A DNA stretch of 59,870 nt, the filler included. It is 4 parts of 4 records of this genome, joined end to end, with 100 filler letters (N's around TTAATTAATTAA, not from the genome) between each part and the next. Parts side by side here need not be neighbours in the genome. Positions count along the whole stretch, not along the records: positions 45,047 to 59,870 come from SRR20825019_2609; 3 more parts are not named here. One strand, written 5' to 3'. Of this stretch, positions 51,740 through 59,870 are shown piece by piece (the first letter of the stretch is position 1; every line of letters begins with the position of its first letter). A model generated the notes under the pieces. It made no database searches and had not been told where the DNA came from. It saw only the letters and a program-made list of their open reading frames with translations. The translations under genes and the position numbers were made by a program.

Positions 51740-52441
51740 ATGACCGCATTACGCCGCCCCCACGAAAACCTCGACCATGTGACCGACTGGGTCTTTGATC
51801 TCGACAACACGCTTTACCCGCGTGAGTGCAATCTGTTTGCGCAGATCGATACGCTGATCACCCATTATGTGATGGACGTGACGCGCCTGGACTTCACCAG
51901 GGCCCGCGCCTTGCAGAAGGACTATTACCGCGACTTCGGCACCACGCTGAACGGGCTGATGCACAAGCACGACATCGACCCGGACCACTTTCTCAACACC
52001 GTGCACGCCATCGACTATTCACCGGTCGATCCGCATCCCGACCTGGTCGAGGCCATTGCCGGCCTGCCGGGCCGCAAGTTCATCCTGACCAATGGCGATA
52101 CCGGCCACGCCCGCTCGGTGCTCCGGCGCCTGGGGGGCGATCATCTGTTCGAACATGTGCACGATATCCGCGCCATGACCTTCGTCCCCAAGCCGCACAA
52201 ACAGGCCTATGACGGGTTTTTCGCCAATCATGGCATCGATCCGACCCGGGCCATCATGTTCGACGATCTCGAAAAGAACCTGGTGGTGCCCCATGAACAG
52301 GGCATGGCCACCGTGCAGGTGGTGGCGAGCGACGACTTCAGCCATGAGCAGGTCGAGGCCTGGGAGCTGGGCCGTTCCACCGGGCCGCATGTTCACCACG
52401 TCACCAGCGATCTGGCGGGCTTTTTGCGCAACCTGCCCTGA
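51740..52441 (+). CDS. Pyrimidine 5'-nucleotidase (HAD family)
   Basis: WVFDLDNTLYP, GTTLNGL, LTNG, PKP, MFDDLEKNL. Confidence 0.92.
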   Translation: MTALRRPHENLDHVTDWVFDLDNTLYPRECNLFAQIDTLITHYVMDVTRLDFTRARALQKDYYRDFGTTLNGLMHKHDIDPDHFLNTVHAIDYSPVDPHPDLVEAIAGLPGRKFILTNGDTGHARSVLRRLGGDHLFEHVHDIRAMTFVPKPHKQAYDGFFANHGIDPTRAIMFDDLEKNLVVPHEQGMATVQVVASDDFSHEQVEAWELGRSTGPHVHHVTSDLAGFLRNLP

Positions 52442-52525
52442 GGATGGTCCGACCTGTCCAAAAGGTAATGCGCTCAGGACTTTGTCCCTATTCCCGCTTT
52501 GCCAGGAACTGGCTACATTGCCGCC

Positions 52526-54403
<1,878 letters not shown>

Positions 54404-54461
54404 GCCTGGAGTGGCTTTAGCTGGGCGTGAGTTGATCCCAAACCGTCTTGCAATCGTCACA

Positions 54462-54485
54462 ATATATCGATAATTCTCGATATAT
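54462..54485. promoter_or_regulatory. ArsR operator palindrome overlapping the arsR start codon
   Basis: ATATATCGA-TAATTC-TCGATATAT; TTGCAA at 54448. Confidence 0.7.
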
Positions 54486-54837
54486 GGATGATACAGCAAT
54501 CATAGACGCGCTTTCCGCGCTGGCCCAGCCCACCCGGCTGTCCGCCTTTCGCCTGGTGGTCGAGCACGAGCCCAATGGCCTGCCGGCCGGCGAAATCGCC
54601 CGGAAACTCGACGTGCCGCAGAACACCATGTCGACCCATCTGGCCCAATTGGCCCGCGCCGGCCTGCTGGTTGCCGACAAGCAGGGCCGCACCATCACCT
54701 ATCGCGCCGAGATCGACCATATGCGCGCGGTCATGGGCTATCTGGTCAATGATTGCTGCGGCGGCCGCCCCGAGCTGTGCGCGCCGCTGATCGAGGATAT
54801 CACCCCCTGTTGTGCGCCCGAGGAGGTTCGCCAATGA
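54484..54837 (+). CDS. arsR: Arsenic-responsive ArsR repressor (C-terminal Cys type)
   Basis: ALAQPTRL..FR.., HTH, DCCGGRPELC..PCC; first gene of the ars operon. Confidence 0.9.
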   Translation: MDDTAIIDALSALAQPTRLSAFRLVVEHEPNGLPAGEIARKLDVPQNTMSTHLAQLARAGLLVADKQGRTITYRAEIDHMRAVMGYLVNDCCGGRPELCAPLIEDITPCCAPEEVRQ

Positions 54838-55370
54838 CCGAAGCTGCATCTGACCGCGTCTATAATGTGCTGTTCCTGTGCACCGGCAATTCCGCCCGCT
54901 CCATTCTGGGCGAAGCGCTGATGAATGCCGTGCCCGGCGGCAAGTTCCGCGCCTTTTCCGCCGGCAGCCAGCCCAAGGGCGACGTCCACCCCCTGACCCT
55001 GCATACGCTCAAGGAAATGGACCTGCCCACCGAAGGCTATCGCTCCAAGTCCTGGGACGAATTCGCCACCCCCGACGCGCCCAAGCTCGATTTCGTCTTC
55101 ACTGTCTGTGACAATGCGGCGGGCGAAGCCTGCCCCTTCTGGCCCGGCCAGCCCATGACCGCCCATTGGGGCGTGGAGGATCCGGCCGCCGCCGAGGGCA
55201 GCGAGATCGACAAGGTCACCGCTTTCCGCAACGCCGCAAACTATCTGCGCCGCCGTATTGAAGTTTTTGCCGCCCTGCCGCTCGCCACCATCGATCGCAT
55301 GGCCCTGCAGAACAAGCTCAAGGATATCGGCAAGCTCGACGGCGCGACCGACAAGGCCAGCAATGACTGA
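54834..55370 (+). CDS. arsC: Arsenate reductase, LMW-PTPase fold
   Basis: LFLCTGNSARS, RSKSWDEF, TVCD..AGEACP, HWGVEDP. Confidence 0.92.
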   Translation: MTEAASDRVYNVLFLCTGNSARSILGEALMNAVPGGKFRAFSAGSQPKGDVHPLTLHTLKEMDLPTEGYRSKSWDEFATPDAPKLDFVFTVCDNAAGEACPFWPGQPMTAHWGVEDPAAAEGSEIDKVTAFRNAANYLRRRIEVFAALPLATIDRMALQNKLKDIGKLDGATDKASND

Positions 55371-56034
55371 TCGCCTGCGCAAGCTTGCTGCCGAGGCGCT
55401 GGGCACCGGCATTCTGGTCGCCACCGTCGTCGGCTCGGGCATCATGGCGCAACGCCTGACCGAAGATATTGCCCTGGCCCTGCTGGGCAACACCATCGCC
55501 ACCGGAGCCATTCTGGTGGTGCTGATCGGTGTCCTCGGCCCGCTCTCGGGCGCCCATTTCAACCCGGCGGTAACCCTGGTCATGGCGCTGCGGCGGCAAT
55601 TGAGCGCGGCGGATGCCGGACTTTATGTCGTCGCGCAAATCTGTGGCGCCATGTTGGGCACGCTGCTAGCGCATCTGATGTTCGACCTGCCACTGGTTTC
55701 GGCCTATGCTGACCCGCGCAACGGCGCCAGCCAGTGGCTGAGCGAGGCGGTGGCGACATTCGGGCTGGTCCTGACCATTCTGGTCTCGCTCAGGCATGCG
55801 CCCGAGCAGATTGCCATGCGCGTCGGGCTCTATATCACCGCCGCCTATTGGTTTACGGCCTCGACCTCCTATGCCAATCCCGCCGTCACCATCGGCCGGG
55901 CCTTGACGTCGAGCTTTGCCGGCATCGGCCCGACCGACGTGCCCGGTTTCATCATCGCCCAGGTGCTGGGCGCCCTTCTGGCGATGGCCCTGTCCGCCTG
56001 GCTATTGCGTAAGCAAACGGAGCGATCCGCATGA
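55363..56034 (+). CDS. aqpS: MIP/aquaglyceroporin, AqpS-like arsenite channel
   Basis: SGAHFNPAVT and YWFTASTSYANPAVT; located inside the ars operon. Confidence 0.88.
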   Translation: MTDRLRKLAAEALGTGILVATVVGSGIMAQRLTEDIALALLGNTIATGAILVVLIGVLGPLSGAHFNPAVTLVMALRRQLSAADAGLYVVAQICGAMLGTLLAHLMFDLPLVSAYADPRNGASQWLSEAVATFGLVLTILVSLRHAPEQIAMRVGLYITAAYWFTASTSYANPAVTIGRALTSSFAGIGPTDVPGFIIAQVLGALLAMALSAWLLRKQTERSA

Positions 56035-56450
56035 GTGTCACCATCTATCACAACCCCGATTGCGGCACCTCGCGCAACACCCTGGCCATGATCCGCGGCG
56101 CCGGCATCGAGCCACAAGTGATCCTCTATCTCGAAACGCCACCCAGCCGCGACCGCCTGGTCGAGCTGATCGAGCGGGCCGGCCTCACCGTACGCGACGC
56201 CATCCGCATCAAGGACACACCCTATTTCGAGCTTGGCCTCGACAATGAAGCTCTCTCCGATGAAGAACTGATCGAGGCCATGCTGGCCAATCCGATCCTG
56301 ATCAATCGCCCCTTTGTCGAAACCGAACATGGCGTGCGCCTCTGCCGCCCCTCCGAAATCGTGCTCGATATCCTGCCCGAGGCCCTCGGCATTCCCTTCA
56401 CCAAGGAAGATGGCGGCGTGGTCATCGATGCGGATGGCCAGCGCGCGTGA
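56031..56450 (+). CDS. arsC: Arsenate reductase, glutaredoxin-dependent
   Basis: IYHNPDCGTSRN, PILINRP, LCRPSE. Confidence 0.94.
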   Translation: MSVTIYHNPDCGTSRNTLAMIRGAGIEPQVILYLETPPSRDRLVELIERAGLTVRDAIRIKDTPYFELGLDNEALSDEELIEAMLANPILINRPFVETEHGVRLCRPSEIVLDILPEALGIPFTKEDGGVVIDADGQRA

Positions 56451-56506
56451 AGCCGACCGGACTGGTCAGCCACGCCGAAGCACCCTAACTATTGGCCATT
56501 GAGCCA

Positions 56507-56839
56507 ATGGGAAGCGCCGTGCCCCTGCCCGAAGACCATCACCTGACCGTCATCGCCGAAACCTATCGGCTCCTGGGCGACCCGACGCGCTTGAAGGTGG
56601 TGCTGACCTGTCTTGATGGACCCATCGCTGTCGGCGACATCGCCAAGGCAACTGGCGCCAGCCAATCTCTGGTCAGCCACCATCTCCGCCTGCTCCGCGC
56701 CGCCCGACTGGTCCGCGGCACGCGCCGCAACAAACAGGTTTTCTACGAAGTCCAGGACCACCACATCGCCCGCATGCTCACAGACATGCTCGACCACGCC
56801 CTGGAAGATCATGAACCGGGCGAGGAAGAGATCAGTTAG
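56507..56839 (+). CDS. ArsR/SmtB metalloregulator, alpha5-site (CzrA/SmtB-like)
   Basis: LGDPTRL, SQSLVSHHLRLLR, C-terminal DHH..........H..E; start is 56492 or 56507. Confidence 0.87.
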   Translation: MGSAVPLPEDHHLTVIAETYRLLGDPTRLKVVLTCLDGPIAVGDIAKATGASQSLVSHHLRLLRAARLVRGTRRNKQVFYEVQDHHIARMLTDMLDHALEDHEPGEEEIS

Positions 56840-56872
56840 TCGCGCAACGGCATGGGTCGGCCGCGGCGGCGA

Positions 56873-57298
56873 TCAGTCTGCGCGAAATCGTGCCCGGTTA
56901 TTGCGCGAGCCATGTTCCAGATCGGCTTTCCCAAGCAGTTCGAGCACCGGGGTCACATAATTGGCAAACCGCCCGCGATAGCCTTTGCGCAGGCCGTAAT
57001 AGCCCCCGACGGGATTGTCCGGCGAGCGTGCCCAGGCCTCGATCGTTCCCTCCTTTACCGGCTTGCCCTCGTCGGCGTTCCCGAGCGGGACCCAGTCGGC
57101 GCGGCCCTTGAGCATCTGGGTCAAACCCTCGATGGCCTCAAGACGATAGGACAGGCGTGTTGTTCCAACTTCGACGACCAGCGCTGGAGGCTCAAGACCG
57201 GCATCACACCAGGCCCGGTATTCCGATGTCAGCGACGGCGTCTTTAGCAGCCAGGGATCATCTGCGGTTCCACTGCCATAGGTCACGATATGGGTCAT
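56873..57298 (-). CDS. DUF6855-like protein
   Basis: GT.DDPW.L.TP, WVPLG.ADE, EAWARS.DNPVGGYYGLRKGYRGRF, RNNR; family recognised from memory. Confidence 0.7.
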   Translation of the reverse strand: MTHIVTYGSGTADDPWLLKTPSLTSEYRAWCDAGLEPPALVVEVGTTRLSYRLEAIEGLTQMLKGRADWVPLGNADEGKPVKEGTIEAWARSPDNPVGGYYGLRKGYRGRFANYVTPVLELLGKADLEHGSRNNRARFRAD

Positions 57299-57717
57299 GC
57301 TCTTGTCTCCGCTGCATCGGCCAATGCCTCCGCGAATTGTTGGAAAGTCGGGGTGAGATCAGGAATTGTCTTCCAGATCAGGCCGGCAAGCGGGCCAGAA
57401 TAAGCCTCGCGCATGCTGAAAAGCGTTGCGGCGCCATCCGGTATCAGCGCAAACACGCGCCTGCCGGTGAAAAGTCCGAGGGGCAATCCGCCACACCAAA
57501 CCATCTCCCGCTCCGCCTTCATCGCGCTCACCGACAAAACAAAGGCCCGGTCCGGAGAAGCCGAAGACCACAGCTTCAGCTTTTCGCCCGGTGCAATGGT
57601 CCCCTCAAGACGAAGAATACCAAAGGCCCCGCAGGCCAACAGCCTGGCATCGGTAAGTTTCGTCCAGATCACGCTTGGCGGTGCCTTGATCGTCCGTTCG
57701 ACGTAGAATTGGCGCAT
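57295..57717 (-). CDS. SRPBCC/polyketide-cyclase-like ligand-binding protein
   Basis: TIKAPPSVIW..LTD, W.GGLPLGLFTG.R.F.L, F.MREAYSG; ATGA overlap with the DUF6855 gene. Confidence 0.85.
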   Translation of the reverse strand: MRQFYVERTIKAPPSVIWTKLTDARLLACGAFGILRLEGTIAPGEKLKLWSSASPDRAFVLSVSAMKAEREMVWCGGLPLGLFTGRRVFALIPDGAATLFSMREAYSGPLAGLIWKTIPDLTPTFQQFAEALADAAETRA

Positions 57718-57756
57718 GGGTTGCCTCTCTGATCAACCTCAGCAATAAAACACCTA

Positions 57757-57777
57757 ATGCGACATCTTTTGTCATAG
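57757..57777. promoter_or_regulatory. Candidate operator for the HTH-WYL regulator
   Basis: ATGCGAC-ATCTTTT-GTCATAG (GAC-N7-GTC) in the 65-nt divergent gap. Confidence 0.55.
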
Positions 57778-57782
57778 ATGAA

Positions 57783-58394
57783 ATGCGCGCCGCTCGGTTG
57801 CTCCATATTCTCCTGCTGCTGCAGAACCGCGGTCGACTGACTGCGGGCGCATTGGCCCGCGAACTGGAGGTGGCGCATCGCACCGTGCTGCGCGATATGG
57901 ATGCGTTGACCGAAGCCGGCCTGCCGATTGTCGCATACCAAGGCAATCAGGGCGGATTCGAACTGGGATTCAGCTATCGCACCAGGCTCACGGGACTATC
58001 GGCAGACGAGGCCGAGGCGTTTGCCGTCCTGCTTGACGCCCCTTCGCCTCTGCTGCTCGAGCTGGGCATGGGCGATGCCGCGCGCCGTGCCGTCAGCAAG
58101 GTGCGCGAGTCGCTGCCCGATCAGGTCCGCGCGCGCGTGCAGCGCGCCAACCAGCAATTTCAACTAACCCGTCCGGTATTCGAGGCCGGCGATCCGCGCG
58201 TAGCAGCAATCGCCCTGGCGATCCGTCAACGCAATCGTGTCCGCCTTGATGCCCGGTCCAGCGTGCCGCGCGAAATCTGTCCCATCGCCCTCGCGCACGA
58301 TGGAAAAGGTTGGTCCGTGCTCGACCAAGAGACGGCTCAGTCGATCCCAATGGAGGCCTGGAGGGACATCAACGTCTCGAACCGGACGTTTTAG
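57783..58394 (+). CDS. HTH_11 / short WYL-like transcriptional regulator (YafY/YobV-like)
   Basis: MRAARLL.ILLLLQ.RGR.TA..LA.ELEV..RT..RD..AL..AG.P; C-terminal REICP..L......W.VL. Confidence 0.85.
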   Translation: MRAARLLHILLLLQNRGRLTAGALARELEVAHRTVLRDMDALTEAGLPIVAYQGNQGGFELGFSYRTRLTGLSADEAEAFAVLLDAPSPLLLELGMGDAARRAVSKVRESLPDQVRARVQRANQQFQLTRPVFEAGDPRVAAIALAIRQRNRVRLDARSSVPREICPIALAHDGKGWSVLDQETAQSIPMEAWRDINVSNRTF

Positions 58395-58510
58395 TCCCCG
58401 GCACCATCAACCCTCTCCCCGGATCGATATCGCTCACCTGTCAGAAGTCTGGACACGCTGGCGCTCGGAAAAGCGACTTCGAGGCCAACATGTCAAAAAT
58501 CCAGCATCTA

Positions 58511-58545
58511 TTGACCATTTCATATGAACATGTATTCATACATGC
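58511..58545 (+). promoter_or_regulatory. Promoter with SmtB/CzrA-type operator
   Basis: TTGACC at 58511 followed by TATGAA-CATGTA-TTCATA (58523-58540), matching TGAA-N6-TTCA. Confidence 0.7.
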
Positions 58546-58548
58546 ACT

Positions 58549-59526
58549 ATGACAGGAATACCGATGGATCACGATCACGCTGAGCATAACCACCAAGATC
58601 ACACCAGCCACGACCATGCCGGCCACAGCCACGCGCCCCAGGTGAACGGAGCCAATGAGCGGGCCGTGCTGGTTGGACTGTGCCTCACCGGGGGCTTCAT
58701 GGTGGCCGAGGTGATCGGCGGCTATCTCTCCGGCTCGCTGGCGCTGATTGCCGATGCCGGCCACATGTTGACCGACACCGTCGCGCTGTTCCTGGCCTGG
58801 CTCGGCTTCCGGCTTGGCCGCCGACCTGCCGACACCCGCCGCAGCTTTGGCTATTCGCGGCTGGAGGTGCTGGCGGGCCTGATCAATGCACTTTCGCTGT
58901 TCGCGCTGGTCGGCTGGATTGCCTATGAGGCCGTGCAACGCTTCCTCGCGCCCGAAGAGGTGCTGGCCGGCCCCATGCTGGTCGTGGCGGTGCTGGGCCT
59001 GATCGTCAATCTGGTCGTGTTCCGCATTCTCTCCGGCGCCGATGCCGATCACGTCAACATCAAAGGCGCCTTACTCCATGTGCTGGGCGATCTGCTCGGC
59101 TCGGTCGGCGCCATTGCCGCTGCCATCATCATCTGGCTGACCGGCTGGATGCCGATCGACCCGATCCTGTCGCTCGTGGTGAGCCTCCTCATCCTCAGAA
59201 GCGCCTGGGCGTTGCTGACCCGCACCTTCAACATCCTCATGGAAGGCGCGCCCGACGGTATCGACATCAAGGTGTTGCAGGCCGACTTGCGCAGCACCGT
59301 GCCCGGCCTGGCCGATGTCGGGCACTTTCATGTCTGGTCGCTGTCCTCGGGCCAGACCATGGCGACATTGGAAATTGCCCTGGCTCCGGGCGCCGATCCG
59401 GCAGTCGTCAGCAAGGAAGTGAAGGCGCGCCTGGCGCAGCAGCACAATATCGGTCACGCCACCGTCGAAATCGACTGGAGCGGCGATGGCGTGGAATGCC
59501 CTGCCGCTGCCACCCAGCATCAATAG
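58549..59526 (+). CDS. czcD: Cation diffusion facilitator (Zn/Co/Cd exporter)
   Basis: His-rich N-terminus, SLALIADAGHMLTD, FGYSRLE, HVLGDLLGS, H.TVE; start is 58549 or 58564. Confidence 0.92.
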   Translation: MTGIPMDHDHAEHNHQDHTSHDHAGHSHAPQVNGANERAVLVGLCLTGGFMVAEVIGGYLSGSLALIADAGHMLTDTVALFLAWLGFRLGRRPADTRRSFGYSRLEVLAGLINALSLFALVGWIAYEAVQRFLAPEEVLAGPMLVVAVLGLIVNLVVFRILSGADADHVNIKGALLHVLGDLLGSVGAIAAAIIIWLTGWMPIDPILSLVVSLLILRSAWALLTRTFNILMEGAPDGIDIKVLQADLRSTVPGLADVGHFHVWSLSSGQTMATLEIALAPGADPAVVSKEVKARLAQQHNIGHATVEIDWSGDGVECPAAATQHQ

Positions 59527-59870
59527 GTGGCGCGCCCACCCGAGAGGTCGAAGACGCTGGCCGTGGTGAAGCTGTTTTCGCGGCTCACCAGCCAGGCCAC
59601 CATGGACGCAGCCTCCTCCACCTCGAGGAACCGCCCCCGCGGAATGCGCGAGAGCATATAGGTGATGAACTCGTCAGTCAGGCTCTCGAGAATGCGCGTC
59701 TTGGCCGTGGCGGGGGTGACGGCGTTCACCGCGATATCGAAGCTGGCCAGTTCTTTGCCCAGCGATTTGGTCAGGCCGATGACGCCCGCCTTGGCCGCCG
59801 AATAGGCCGAGGCGGTCGGATTGCCCTCCTTGCCGGCAATCGAGGCGATATTGACGATGCGCCCGTAATT
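59520..59870 (-). CDS. Short-chain dehydrogenase/reductase (5'-truncated)
   Basis: GRIVNIASIAGKEGNP...AYSAAKAGVIGLTKSLGKELA...VNAVTP...DLSGGRATY. Confidence 0.92.
   Translation of the reverse strand, partial: NYGRIVNIASIAGKEGNPTASAYSAAKAGVIGLTKSLGKELASFDIAVNAVTPATAKTRILESLTDEFITYMLSRIPRGRFLEVEEAASMVAWLVSRENSFTTASVFDLSGGRATY

Overview
The window is four unrelated contigs joined by 100-nt artificial linkers (N44-TTAATTAATTAA-N44 at 9239-9338, 37533-37632 and 44947-45046). (A) 1-9238 is a Rhizobiales-type chromosome: cysE, DUF3126, TauE/SafE, an orphan repeat protein, aspartic protease, cobS/cobT, dgkA, GNAT, a PleC/DivJ-like kinase, a UDG-family gene and Lrp. (B) 9339-37532 is the gene-dense nuclear genome of an unidentified flagellated microbial eukaryote with ~50-70-nt GT-AG introns. 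Its 14 reconstructed genes alternate strand perfectly, and every head-to-head pair is separated by a very GC-rich, motif-dense island. It includes a candidate stand-alone HeLo/MLKL-like protein. (C) 37633-44946 is a conjugative-element fragment: virB10, a 755-aa secreted protein with tandem two-Cys repeats, virB11, virD4, a small ORF and ardC. (D) 45047-59870 is a GC-rich Rhizobiales chromosome (Devosia-like, by inference): argB, TauE, MFS, ilvA, a nucleotidase, an ABC transporter, an arsR-arsC-aqpS-arsC operon, a SmtB/CzrA regulator split from its CDF exporter by a DUF6855/SRPBCC/HTH-WYL cassette, and an SDR. The best novelty candidates are the eukaryote's alternating gene architecture, the Cys-repeat T4SS adhesin candidate, the HeLo/MLKL-like protein and the WYL-DUF6855 cassette. 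All family calls come from motif recognition by eye; no database searches were run.
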